A DNA stretch of 64,000 bases from SAR202 cluster bacterium bin16 (lineage in GTDB: Bacteria; Chloroflexota; Dehalococcoidia; Lucifugimonadales; Australimonadaceae). Position numbers and translations under genes: made by a program. This document shows, one piece after another, positions 15,817 through 24,994 of this stretch. Numbering within the stretch: position 1 is the stretch's first letter; the number at the start of each line of letters is the position of its first letter. The notes beneath the pieces are model-generated. The model was not told where the DNA came from. It saw nothing but the letters and a program-made list of their open reading frames with translations, and did no database searches. Location: positions 17,790-81,789 of the forward strand of contig MPMJ01000002.1 of NCBI GenBank assembly GCA_002238425.1, read 5' to 3'.

Positions 15817-17337
15817 CTACCTGCCCGCCTCGCGGATGAAGTCCGACACGCGCTCGCCGATCATGATGCAGGAGACGTTCGTGGCAGAGTGCGGGACGAC
15901 CGGTATGATGGAGGCGTCGGCCACGTAGAGGTTGTCCATGCCGTGCATCTTGAGCCGTCCATCGACAACGGCCATAGGGTCGGAGGCCGGGCCCATCTTG
16001 CAGGTACCGGAGCCGTGGTGGTGGCTGTCGTACGTGGACTGTGCGAACTCGACCCAGTCCTCGTCCATCGTGGGAAGGATGAGGTCGCCGTAGAAGGGGC
16101 GCATGAGGTCGTCCTGCATGAACTCGTAGACGAAGTTCATCACGGAGCGCACCGCCTCCATGTCGTCAGGGTGCTGGAGCATGCCGTCGTCGACGATGGG
16201 GAGTTCGTGCGGGTCGGTGGAGGCGAGGGAGATGCGCCCGCGGGAGCGCTGCTCCACGAGGTTCATCGCAACGGGCATCATGGGCTTCAGTCCCTCGACG
16301 CCGACGGGCGCGCGCATGTAGATGTGGAAGTTGCCGGTCGGCAGGCTGGGGCTGCTCTTGTAGACGAGCTGGAAGCCCGCGACGACCCAGTCCGGTGAGA
16401 ACTCCGTCCTGCCCTCGAAAGTCATGTTCACGGCGGCATGGTCCTGGTAGTTGCGCCCTATCCCTTCAAGGGCATGCGTGACGCGGATGCCGAGGCGCTC
16501 CAACTCACCGATGGGGCCGATGCCGGAGAGCATCAGGATCTGCGGGCTGTGGTACGTGCCCGCGCTGAGGATGAAGGTGTCGGCGGAGGCGGAGTAGACC
16601 TCGTCCCCCTGCTCGTAGAGCACCTCTTCTACCTTACGCCCGTTGGTTTTGAGCGAGACTACCGGCGCGTCCCCGACGATGGTCAGGTTCTTCCGGCTGC
16701 GCGCCGGACCTATGTAAGCGACGGCGGTGGACTGGCGGATGCCGTCCTTGACGTTGCTGGCGGAAGCCACGATGCCCGAGCGCTCCGGCCCGTTGCCGTC
16801 CTTCATGACTGGGTAACCGAGGCCCTTCGCGCGGTCAACGAACGCCTGCATCGGCGGGGCGAGCTCTTCTTCGAAGTCGATGCGTCGCTTCACGGTGAGC
16901 GGGCCGTCGTTGCCGTGGTGGGGCTGGTCGCCGAAATCCTCGTCGGTCTCGATGCGCTTGAGGATGGGGAGGCAGTCCTCGTACGACCAGCCGGGGTTGC
17001 CGAGCGACTCCCAGCGGTCGAGGTCGTACTGCATGGGACGCGCGACGCCCATCATGTTGACGGAAGAGCCGCCGCCGAGGATGCGTCCGCTGAGGGGGTA
17101 GTACTCGCTGCCGTCGATCTTGCGCTTGGTGGGGTACATGACGACATAGTCAGACTCGAGGATCGGGCGGTTGTTGCTGCGTCCGTCGGCGATGATGCCG
17201 GGAAGCGGCTGCGGGTCGGGACCTGCCTCCAGGAGCAGTACCTGCCGGTTGGGGTCCTCGGAGAGCCGGGATGCGGCCACGCACCCCGCCGAGCCCCCGC
17301 CGATCACGATTACGTCGTAGTAGCGCCTCTGGGTCAT
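15817..17337 (-). CDS. GMC family oxidoreductase (choline dehydrogenase-like flavoprotein)
   Basis: N-terminal YDVIVIGGGSAGCVAASRLSED FAD fold, GGSSVNMM, and the C-terminal HHHGSGTCKMG..VVD..L.VHG..NLYVADASI GMC signature. Confidence 0.9.
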   Translation of the reverse strand: MTQRRYYDVIVIGGGSAGCVAASRLSEDPNRQVLLLEAGPDPQPLPGIIADGRSNNRPILESDYVVMYPTKRKIDGSEYYPLSGRILGGGSSVNMMGVARPMQYDLDRWESLGNPGWSYEDCLPILKRIETDEDFGDQPHHGNDGPLTVKRRIDFEEELAPPMQAFVDRAKGLGYPVMKDGNGPERSGIVASASNVKDGIRQSTAVAYIGPARSRKNLTIVGDAPVVSLKTNGRKVEEVLYEQGDEVYSASADTFILSAGTYHSPQILMLSGIGPIGELERLGIRVTHALEGIGRNYQDHAAVNMTFEGRTEFSPDWVVAGFQLVYKSSPSLPTGNFHIYMRAPVGVEGLKPMMPVAMNLVEQRSRGRISLASTDPHELPIVDDGMLQHPDDMEAVRSVMNFVYEFMQDDLMRPFYGDLILPTMDEDWVEFAQSTYDSHHHGSGTCKMGPASDPMAVVDGRLKMHGMDNLYVADASIIPVVPHSATNVSCIMIGERVSDFIREAGR

Positions 17338-17517
17338 GCCGCCTCCTGCTTAAATGTCGTCCGAAATTACACCAAGTGGAATCATACTCCGATTGAAGGC
17401 CTTTGCGGAACCACTAGAGGGTAGCCCGCGCTTGCCCTGCGAGCGGGCGCTGGCCGATACTCACCCGCGCGGATAGCGCGGCAACGACGACGCGCTACGA
17501 ATCGCGGAGGTAACGGA

Positions 17518-18075
17518 ATGGCAGAGGTTCCCGGCTGGTACCTGGAGTTCGCGGGGGCAGTGACCGCCGCGCTTCCGCCGGACATAGACGAAGAGGCCGC
17601 ACAGGCATGGGTGGATGATCCTGCGGGGCTGCGCGAGGCGCTTGCAGGTGCGCTGGGAGGCTCCGCCACAGCCGCCGGCCCTGCCCGACTGCGGAACGAC
17701 AAGACAGACGAGGGCTGGACGCTCGTGCGGGATGATCCAGAGATGCCGGTCGTCGCAGGAGCGAGCATCCGTGGCGGGACCTTCCCTGAGGAGTCGGAAG
17801 ACCTCATCGGCGAGCCGATGGTGGAGCTCATCCTGGGAATTGATGGCCTACTGGGACAGCGCCAGGCCGAGTACCTGATGGAGCATCCTAATGGGATCCC
17901 GGAAGAGCTGGAGCGGTACGCGCTCGTGTTTCCGGGCACGGTCTGGCAGAGCCCGGACCAGAACCACCAGGTGCCATGCCTCGTGAACCGGGGCGGTTCG
18001 TGGGACATCATCTTTGGCATACTGGAGGGCGGTTTCGACTCCCGCGACCTGCTCGCGCAAGCAGCCTCTGAATAA
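17518..18075 (+). CDS. hypothetical protein
   Basis: GGAGG RBS lies upstream of ATG 17518. 185 aa, acidic, no recognisable motif. Confidence 0.5.
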   Translation: MAEVPGWYLEFAGAVTAALPPDIDEEAAQAWVDDPAGLREALAGALGGSATAAGPARLRNDKTDEGWTLVRDDPEMPVVAGASIRGGTFPEESEDLIGEPMVELILGIDGLLGQRQAEYLMEHPNGIPEELERYALVFPGTVWQSPDQNHQVPCLVNRGGSWDIIFGILEGGFDSRDLLAQAASE

Positions 18076-18095
18076 GACGCCCCGGGGGGCGCCGC

Positions 18096-18584
18096 ATGAT
18101 ACGTATCGCCACCGAGCGCGACCTGCCCGCTATCGTTGCCATCTACAACGCCGCCGTGCCGGGGCGCATGGCTACAGCGGACACCGGACCGGTCACGGTT
18201 GAATCACGGCGCGAGTGGTTCGGTGAGCACACGCCCGACCGTCATCCGCTATGGGTCGACGAGCGCGACGGCGAGGTCGCCGGCTGGCTGAGCCTCGGCA
18301 CGTTCTACAACCGTCCGGCATGGGACATTACGGCAGAGGTGAGCGTATACGTCGCGTCAGCGCACCAGAGGGAAGGCGTGGCAACGGTGCTGCTGGAGGC
18401 TGCTATCGCGGCGGCCCCGGCGTTGGGGCTACGCGTGCTCATCGGCATCATATTCGGACACAACGAACCGAGCCTTGCCCTCTTCAAGCGTTCCGGGTTC
18501 GAGCAGTGGGGCTTCATGCCGGGCGCCACGGAGTTGGACGAGGTCGAACGCGATGTCGTCTTCGTGGGACGGCGGGTCGGCTGA
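18096..18584 (+). CDS. GNAT N-acetyltransferase (phosphinothricin acetyltransferase-like)
   Basis: IRIATERDLPAIVAIYN, the acetyl-CoA loop HQREGVATVLLEA, and LF.RSGFEQWG. Confidence 0.8.
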   Translation: MIRIATERDLPAIVAIYNAAVPGRMATADTGPVTVESRREWFGEHTPDRHPLWVDERDGEVAGWLSLGTFYNRPAWDITAEVSVYVASAHQREGVATVLLEAAIAAAPALGLRVLIGIIFGHNEPSLALFKRSGFEQWGFMPGATELDEVERDVVFVGRRVG

Positions 18585-18701
18585 GCGGCGGCGTTGCGCG
18601 GTAGGCGTGCGGACGGATACCCTCACGGCTGGCTATTGGTGCGACTGGCCTGCCAGGAACGGTAGATGTAGCGTAGCCAGGCATGGCCTGTCGGCCACTC
18701 T

Positions 18702-18728
18702 GGATTCCCGCATTAGCGGGAATGACGG
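18702..18728 (+). repeat. REP-like palindromic element, family B (GATTCCCGC-loop-GCGGGAATGACGG), copy 1
   Basis: ATTCCCGC 18704-18711 pairs with GCGGGAAT 18716-18723. The element ends 10 nt before the GGAGG RBS of the VOC gene. Confidence 0.7.
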
Positions 18729-18750
18729 CAACAAACGTGGAGGTGCAGTA

Positions 18751-19230
18751 ATGGCGAAGGTGACATCACTGGGGCACGTTGGTCTGTTCGTGAACGATGT
18801 TGCGACGATGCGGGACTTCTACACGCGCGTGCTCGGCATGACGGTGACGGACGAGAGCGCGGAGCGCGGCATGGTGTTCCTCTCGGCGCGGCCGGGCGAG
18901 GAACACCACGAGCTGTTTCTGGTGCCCGGCAGGACGGGAGACAGCGACGTGAAGGTCGTGCAGCAGGTGTCGTTCCACGTGGACAGCGTCGAGGACGTGC
19001 GGGAGTTCCACAACCGTTTCGTTGAGGACGGCGTGCCGATCGACTCGGTTGTGACGCACGGCAACACGGCGAGCGTCTACTTTCGTGACCCCGAGGACAA
19101 TCGGCTGGAGATCTACTACAGCCTGCCCGTGGAGTGGCCGCAGCCGTTCCGCGCTGAGATAGACGTCACTCAGAGCGCCGACGACATCCTCAAGCAGATA
19201 CACGACGTGACGGTCGGCGCGCAGCGCTAG
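18751..19230 (+). CDS. VOC family protein (extradiol dioxygenase-like)
   Basis: GGAGG lies upstream of ATG 18751. LGHVGLFVNDVATMRDFYTRVLGM, HELFLV and VYFRDPEDNRLEIY. Confidence 0.8.
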   Translation: MAKVTSLGHVGLFVNDVATMRDFYTRVLGMTVTDESAERGMVFLSARPGEEHHELFLVPGRTGDSDVKVVQQVSFHVDSVEDVREFHNRFVEDGVPIDSVVTHGNTASVYFRDPEDNRLEIYYSLPVEWPQPFRAEIDVTQSADDILKQIHDVTVGAQR

Positions 19231-19260
19231 GCGGCGCCGTACGGCCCGAATACATGCTGC

Positions 19261-19288
19261 GAGATTCCCGCTTCTCGGGATGACGGGG
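19261..19288 (+). repeat. REP-like family B, copy 2 (degenerate)
   Basis: GAGATTCCCGCTTCTCGGGATGACGGGG. It shares the CTGCGAGATTCCCGC flank with copy 3. Confidence 0.55.
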
Positions 19289-19333
19289 AAGTGCGGGAGT
19301 GACCACGTTCATACACACAGGAGAGGGAGCACG

Positions 19334-20596
19334 ATGACGGAACCGAGGTATGTGGAGCCGACCGGGAACCAGCGCGCCGGATGGCACAAGGAAGGCGAAG
19401 GCGGCGGGACGAGCTACACCGTGCGGCTGGCGACGGCGTGGGAGAAGTTCCAGCGGTCGGAGGGCATCCCCGTCTTCAAGGGCGTGGGCGTGCGGGACTC
19501 CCGTGAACTGCCACGCGCCGAATGGAAGCGGGTCGGTGGCAAGGGGACGTACATCCAGGTGACGGGCACGAATAACGCCACCGGCATGTTCGTGGTGGAG
19601 GTGCCGCCACGCGGCGCGCTGCTCCCCCAGCGACAGATGTATGAGGAGCGCTACATCGTGCTGGAGGGCCGTGGGAGCACGGAGGTGTGGCGGAACGGCG
19701 ACACGGCGATGACCGCCTTCGAGTGGCAGCCGTGGAGCCTGTTCGCGATACCACTGAACGCCAACTTCCGCATCATCAACGCATCGTCGGCCCCTGCCCT
19801 GTTGCTCGCGGTCAACTCAGCGCCGAGGACGATCAACGCGTTCCAGAACATGAACTTCGTGTTCAACTGCGAGTTCAACTTCGACGACCGGCTCGGTGGG
19901 AACCTCGAGGACTTCTGGAACCCGAACGACGAGATCGAGCCGCAGCCGGTGCGCGGGCGCGCGATGGTGACGTCCAACCTGCTGCCGGACATCCAGAACG
20001 CCTACCTGCCACTCGACAACAACCGGGGGCCCGGCTTCCGGTGGGTTGCGCCGAACCAGGTGGGCAACACGATGATCCAGGGCTGGCTCGCGGAGTACCC
20101 GAGCGGGCGGTACGCGAAGGCGCACGCCCACGCGTCCGGCGCGGTGCTCGTCTGCTGCAAGGGCGAGGGGTTCTCGTGGACGTGGCCGAGCAACGAGGGA
20201 GGCCTGACGCCATGGAAGGACGGCAAGGGCGACCTCGTCAAGATACAGGAGTACGGGCCCGGTGGGCTCATCAGTGCCGCGCCCGGTCCGGCCAACTGGT
20301 TCCACCAGCACTTTGCAGTCGGGAAAGACCCGTTCCGCGTCTTCAACTACACCGGCCCGATGCCGGGCAACCCGGAGTCCAGCAGGAACAGGGCAAACGA
20401 TTTTGCGGAGGAAGGGCAACTGATCCGGCAGCACGCCGACATCACGGACGGTGGCAACGCCATCCCATACCACCTTGAGGACCCGTACGTGCGGCAGCAC
20501 TTCGAAGCGAAGCTGCGCGAGAACGGAGTGACCTCCACGATGCCTGAGGTGGTCTACACCGAGGAAGGCGCGAAGATGGAGGTTATGTCGGACTAG
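19334..20596 (+). CDS. bicupin protein (gentisate-dioxygenase-like architecture), paralog 1 of 3
   Basis: Two cupin barrels. The C-terminal barrel has the AHAHASGAVLVCCKGEGF..WFHQHF His cluster. About 55% identity by eye to 27083-28321. Confidence 0.7.
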   Translation: MTEPRYVEPTGNQRAGWHKEGEGGGTSYTVRLATAWEKFQRSEGIPVFKGVGVRDSRELPRAEWKRVGGKGTYIQVTGTNNATGMFVVEVPPRGALLPQRQMYEERYIVLEGRGSTEVWRNGDTAMTAFEWQPWSLFAIPLNANFRIINASSAPALLLAVNSAPRTINAFQNMNFVFNCEFNFDDRLGGNLEDFWNPNDEIEPQPVRGRAMVTSNLLPDIQNAYLPLDNNRGPGFRWVAPNQVGNTMIQGWLAEYPSGRYAKAHAHASGAVLVCCKGEGFSWTWPSNEGGLTPWKDGKGDLVKIQEYGPGGLISAAPGPANWFHQHFAVGKDPFRVFNYTGPMPGNPESSRNRANDFAEEGQLIRQHADITDGGNAIPYHLEDPYVRQHFEAKLRENGVTSTMPEVVYTEEGAKMEVMSD

Positions 20597-21018
20597 CCTC
20601 GCACGCGGAGGCTGCCGTACACACGCTCCGGCGTGACGAGCACGACCGTGCGCTGCTCCTCGCGCATCGAGGCGTCGAAGTCTGCCCACGACTCCGGCTG
20701 ACGCCCTGCCGCGCCGTACGCACTCCTGAGCAGGTCGAGCAGCGTAGCCTCGTCCGTGTTGTCCCAACTGTGGACCGAGGCTGCTCCCTGCACCGTCACG
20801 TAGCGCCGGTTGTCCGGGTTGATGAGCGTGACCGAGCAGTGTCCGCTGCGCCGGACGTTCCGCACTTTGACCGTATCGGCGCGCGATACGAATGAGACCT
20901 GCCCGTCGACGAGTCCGGCGCTGACCACGGTGGTCTGTGCGCGCCCGGACGCACCGACGGTGCTGACGAGCGCGAAGTGGTTGGCTTCGATGAACGGGAG
21001 CGCTTCGCTGAGTTCCAA
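20593..21018 (-). CDS. pyridoxamine 5'-phosphate oxidase-fold (PPOX/F420-dependent class) protein
   Basis: AGGAGGAG lies upstream of TTG 21018. NHFALVSTVGASGRAQTTVV..VSFVS...KVRNVRRSGHCSVT is typical of the PPOX split-barrel. The rest of the 501-aa ORF is antisense to the next gene. Confidence 0.65.
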   Translation of the reverse strand: MELSEALPFIEANHFALVSTVGASGRAQTTVVSAGLVDGQVSFVSRADTVKVRNVRRSGHCSVTLINPDNRRYVTVQGAASVHSWDNTDEATLLDLLRSAYGAAGRQPESWADFDASMREEQRTVVLVTPERVYGSLRVRG

Positions 21019-21186
21019 GGTGTGTCTCCTCCTTGCCGTTGCTGTGGGTGTTCGTTGCCATTCGAAGCCTACCCGATTCCTTGACTCAGCGGTGCGCGAG
21101 CCGCCGGCACTGGAGCGAAATCTCTGGTTGGGGGACATAATGGGCGGAACGTCCAGCCCGGAGTGCATCGCCAAAAGGTCATGGGT

Positions 21187-22281
21187 ATGAAGATCGCTCG
21201 CCTCGAATCCCATGTGGTCTACGTCCCGTACAAAACCCCGATCACATGGGCATCGCGCGTCAGCGAAGGCGACACTTTCGTGCTGCTCCGCATCGTGACG
21301 GACGAGGGACTGGAAGGCTGGGCCGAGGCGCTTGCGAACCCGCTGTGGACGGGCGCCGTCGCGGACGACATCGTCCGGCACCTGGCAGAGGTTTACGAAC
21401 CGCTGCTCGTGGGCGCCGACCCTCTGTGGACCGAACGTCTGCTGGGCGGCCTCGCGCGCGTGCCTGAGAAAGGCAACTCCCGCTCGCTGGTCGAACTGGC
21501 ACTGTGCGACCTCCAGGCGCGGAGCGCGGGCGTCCCTTGCTGGCAGTACCTTGGCGGCTGGACGGACAGGGTCCCCGTTTCGTGGCTGCTGAACCGAGGA
21601 CCCGTCGAGCAGATGCTGGAGGAGACTGCGGAGGCGGTGGAAGGCCATGGATTCACGGCGATCAAGGTGAAGGTGGGTACCGACGCCAGGGCGGACGTTG
21701 CCGCTCTGGGGCTGCTCCGCGAGGCCGTGGGGGACGAGACGCTGCTCTGGGTGGACGCGAACAGCGGCTATGGGCTCGAGGATGCCCTGTGGGCTGCGCA
21801 GGGGTTCGCCGAGGTTGGCGTGCGGCTCTTCGAGGACCCCTGCCCACTCGACCTCAGTGAGGAGAGCAGACGGCTGCTGGAGGAATCGCCCGTACCGGTG
21901 ATGGTCGACCGCCAGGTCAACTCTGCGAAGAGCGCTCTCGACTTTCTCTGCCATGGAGCAAGCGCGCTCAACCTGAAGGTGGGCGGTATGGGGTACAGGG
22001 AGGCGAGGCGAGTCATCAGCATCGCCGACGCTCACGACGTGCCCTGCGTGATCGGCGTGGGATCGGAGACGGACGTCGGCAGCCTGGCGTCTCTGCACTT
22101 CCGCGCCGCTGTGCCGGAGCTCGATGCATTCCCCGCCGAGAACATCTTCTTCATGAAGCTGGCGGGGACGATTCTCGATGAGCCGCCGCAGGTGAAGGAC
22201 GGCTTCGTCCAGCTATCGGACGAGCCGGGGCTTGGCACGGTACCGAGCGAGGCAGCCCTGAAGAGGTTCCGCGTCACCTAG
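21187..22281 (+). CDS. enolase-superfamily enzyme (mandelate racemase/muconate lactonizing family)
   Basis: IKVKVG, LWVDANSGY, LFEDP and VMVDRQ supply the metal-ligand pattern (D/E/D). N-terminal capping domain is present. Confidence 0.8.
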   Translation: MKIARLESHVVYVPYKTPITWASRVSEGDTFVLLRIVTDEGLEGWAEALANPLWTGAVADDIVRHLAEVYEPLLVGADPLWTERLLGGLARVPEKGNSRSLVELALCDLQARSAGVPCWQYLGGWTDRVPVSWLLNRGPVEQMLEETAEAVEGHGFTAIKVKVGTDARADVAALGLLREAVGDETLLWVDANSGYGLEDALWAAQGFAEVGVRLFEDPCPLDLSEESRRLLEESPVPVMVDRQVNSAKSALDFLCHGASALNLKVGGMGYREARRVISIADAHDVPCVIGVGSETDVGSLASLHFRAAVPELDAFPAENIFFMKLAGTILDEPPQVKDGFVQLSDEPGLGTVPSEAALKRFRVT

Positions 22282-22299
22282 TGGTTCGTCGTACGCTGG

Positions 22300-23300
22300 C
22301 TACCAGACGCCGAAGGTGAGGCCGTGCCCGGTGCCTGCCATCGAGCGGTAGCACGGGAGGTAGTCGAGCAGCGTCATGGTGCCGGGGGACATTGCGCCCG
22401 CGACAGCCACCCAGTTCAGTATCTCCGGAGTGCCGGGAGCGCCGTTCAGGCGGTCGCGCTCCAAAGCCCCGAGAGCCTGCGCGTCGCCGCTTTCCAGTGC
22501 AGCGATGACGCCCCGGTCGAGCTCCTCGTCGATGATCTGGTGGCTGAGGCCTCCGGACGCCATCAGCGCGACGCGGGCGTCAGAGTCCCATGACTCGATG
22601 GCGCGACGGAGCGCACCGCCGAGCGCGTAGCAGCGGGCGGCACTCGCCTGGTACGGCAGGTAGCGGCTGACCATGAACGGCACCACCGGCAGGTCCTCGT
22701 CCGGCATGATGAAGTGGTGGGCGTAAGCGAACGCGTCGTCCAGCGCATGGCCGTCGCGGACGTTGTCGCCGCAGCCGACGTCGAAGCCGTCGTCGTTCAG
22801 CGCCGTGATGAGGTGCTCGGCGAGCTGGGGCTGGCCGGGGCGGTCGTTGATGATGGGCGCGCGGCGCTCCTCATTCGAGCGGAAGCGCGCATCGGGGTCG
22901 AAGTCCTGGCGCTCGGCGACGGGGAGTGTTTCGGCGCGCATGACGGCGAAGACGGCGCGCGTCTCGTCGGCCCAGACGCGGTGGGGATTGCTGATGACGA
23001 CGAGCACGTCGGGCTTGGTGTCGTCGAGCGCGGTGCGCAGCTTGTCGATAGCGGCGTGGGCGGCCTCGTAGCGCTCGCGCTGCTTCTCGGGCGTGAGCTG
23101 CGCCTCGATGTCGGAGGGGGCGTTGGCGAGCAGCGAGTGGGAGGCGAAGGGCGGGGGGCGGGGGTGGGGTTGGCGAGCAGCGACTGGTAGTCGAAGCGCG
23201 GGTCGCGGGTGTCGGCGTCGCCGAGTCGCGGCCAGCCGACGGGGTCGGTCTGGATCGAGGGGCCGTGCGAACTGCCGATGCCGAGGACGATGCTTGCCAT
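22300..23300 (-). pseudogene. class III extradiol ring-cleavage dioxygenase (LigB family); reading frame interrupted by a 47-nt G-degraded duplicate, probably an artifact
   Basis: The N-terminal part (MASIVLGIGSSHGPS...) is in frame with 23300. The remainder (..VLVVISNPH..ASGGLSHQ..) is in frame with 22300. Deleting 23122-23168 fuses them into one sensible protein. Confidence 0.75.
23122..23168. other. 47-nt tandem duplicate of 23169-23215 in which every mismatch is N->G
   Basis: 39 of 47 positions are identical to the adjacent copy. All 8 differences are substitutions to G on the + strand. Confidence 0.8.
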
Positions 23301-23355
23301 GTTTCGCCTCCTGTGCGGCTACGCGCCGCGTGAGTGGGTGGTCTGCTTGCGCTGC

Positions 23356-23499
23356 TCAGATGTTCTCGGCGATGCGCCTGGCTTCTGCGATGAGTTCACG
23401 AATTCGGGCGGTACGGTCGTCCCGCTCAAGCCATTCTGCAGGTGCCTGTGGTGCGCTCTGCGAAGAGAGAGCGTCGTCTGGGTGTCCTTGATCAACCAT
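23356..23499 (-). CDS. possible small helical protein (47 aa) upstream of the LigB gene
   Basis: ATG 23499 with GGAG 11 nt upstream. The sequence AEWLERDDRTARIRELIAEARRIAENI looks helical. No homolog recognised. Confidence 0.25.
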   Translation of the reverse strand: MVDQGHPDDALSSQSAPQAPAEWLERDDRTARIRELIAEARRIAENI

Positions 23500-23647
23500 G
23501 ATGAGGATATCTCCGATATGACAGCCGCATCGTAGACGGCAGTTCACGGTGGGGCAAGGGGCGAAGGCATTGCCAGTTGTGCTCCACTCCCCTTGCCTTC
23601 CAGATGCTATCCTGCGCCGCATCCGGAGCCTCGCAGGAGAAGGACGC

Positions 23648-24859
23648 ATGACCACTGAGAACTCGCCCGTGCTGGGCATCGGCATCATCGGGCTGGGCGG
23701 CGCTGCGGTCGCCATGGTCCCGCGGATGGCGTTTAACCCGCGCTTCAAGATCATCGCGGCGGCAGACCTCGACACAGAGATACTCGGCCGCTTCGCGCAG
23801 GACTTCCCGGACGCGGCGACGTACACGAACGCCGAGGAGATGTGCAAGGACCCGCGCATCGACCTCGTCTACATCGCGACGCCAACCGTACTGCACTCCC
23901 AGCACTGCGAACTCGCGATGTCGTACGGGAAGAACGTGCTCATCGAGAAGCCAATGACGATAAACGTGGAGGAAGGCACGGCGCTCGCGGAGTCGGCGGA
24001 GCGGCAGGGCGTGCTGCTGGGCGTGAACGTGAAGCACAGTTTCGAACCGCGCGTGCTGCGCATCCGCGAGATGGTGCGCACGGGCGAGTTCGGCGAGCTG
24101 CGGATGATGCACCACTGGCGCTACCAGGACTGGCTGTACCGTCCGCGCTCGGGGGAGGAGCTGACGCCGGGGCCCGGCGGCGGCATCCTCTGGCGGCAGG
24201 GGCCGCATCAGTTCGACATCATCCGCACGATAGGCGGCGGCATGGTGCGGAGCGTTCGCGGCACGGCTGTGGCGTGGGACCCTGCCCGCCGGGTGCCGGG
24301 CGCACACGCGGCGTACCTGGAGTTCGAGAACGGCGTCTTCTGCACCGCCGTCTACAGCGGCTACGATCACTGGGACTCGCGCGAGTTCATGCACGGCGTT
24401 GGCAGGGAGGGCATCTTCCCCAACCCCGAGCAGCACGCCGCGGCGCGCCGGGAACTGGCCGAAGCCACCGACCCGGACTGGGAAGAGGCGGCGGCACGTG
24501 CGGAGCGGTACGGCCTCGGTCGGGCCGGCCCTCCGGAGCCGCCGACCGGCCCGTCTAGCGCGGGCTGGCTGCTCGGCGGGCCGCTCATGGTGAGCTTCGA
24601 CGACGCCGACGTGCGGCTCTCGCCGGGCGGGCTCATCGTGTACGGCAACAAAGAGCGTACCGAGATCCCGCTCGTGACGGTGGAGGATGGCCGCGACGGG
24701 CGGCTCAATACGTTCTACGACGCCATCGTTACGGACCGTCCCCTGCCCGCCCACGCGCGCTGGGGCAACGCCACGATCGAGCTGCTGCTGGCGGTCGAAC
24801 AGTCCGGCGCGGAGCGCAAGGAGATATTCCTGGAGCACCAGGTGCCGACAGTGGACTAG
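23648..24859 (+). CDS. Gfo/Idh/MocA family oxidoreductase
   Basis: AGGAG lies upstream of ATG 23648. LGIGIIGLGGAA Rossmann motif, DLVYIATPTVLH and VLIEKPM signature. Confidence 0.85.
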   Translation: MTTENSPVLGIGIIGLGGAAVAMVPRMAFNPRFKIIAAADLDTEILGRFAQDFPDAATYTNAEEMCKDPRIDLVYIATPTVLHSQHCELAMSYGKNVLIEKPMTINVEEGTALAESAERQGVLLGVNVKHSFEPRVLRIREMVRTGEFGELRMMHHWRYQDWLYRPRSGEELTPGPGGGILWRQGPHQFDIIRTIGGGMVRSVRGTAVAWDPARRVPGAHAAYLEFENGVFCTAVYSGYDHWDSREFMHGVGREGIFPNPEQHAAARRELAEATDPDWEEAAARAERYGLGRAGPPEPPTGPSSAGWLLGGPLMVSFDDADVRLSPGGLIVYGNKERTEIPLVTVEDGRDGRLNTFYDAIVTDRPLPAHARWGNATIELLLAVEQSGAERKEIFLEHQVPTVD

Positions 24860-24906
24860 GGCGCCCTGGCACGGAGAAGGGGGCACTCCCCTCATCCCGC
24901 CGGGTT

Positions 24907-24976
24907 CCCTCACCCTAACCCTCTCCCAGGGGGAGAGGGGATAACAGAAGGACTTCTCCCTTTGCAGGGAGAGGGG
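24907..24976 (+). repeat. REP-like family A, copy 2 (double hairpin)
   Basis: CCCTCTCCC 24919-24927 pairs with GGGAGAGGG 24931-24939. A second CTCCC/GGGAG hairpin follows. The element ends 5 nt before the AAGGAG RBS of the OCD gene. Confidence 0.7.
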
Positions 24977-24994
24977 ACAACAAGGAGATTCGAG

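Noticed and set aside
18081-18095. C4G6 palindrome (GACGCCCCGGGGGGCGCC), checked as another poly-G artifact
   Set aside because: The orientation is C-run then G-run, opposite to the artifact signature. It is a short self-complementary spacer between two intact genes and disrupts no frame.
21019-22098. N-terminal 360 codons of the 501-aa minus-strand ORF 20593-22098
   Set aside because: This part is antisense to the enolase-superfamily gene. Only the last 141 codons form a coherent PPOX-fold protein, with AGGAGGAG upstream of TTG 21018.
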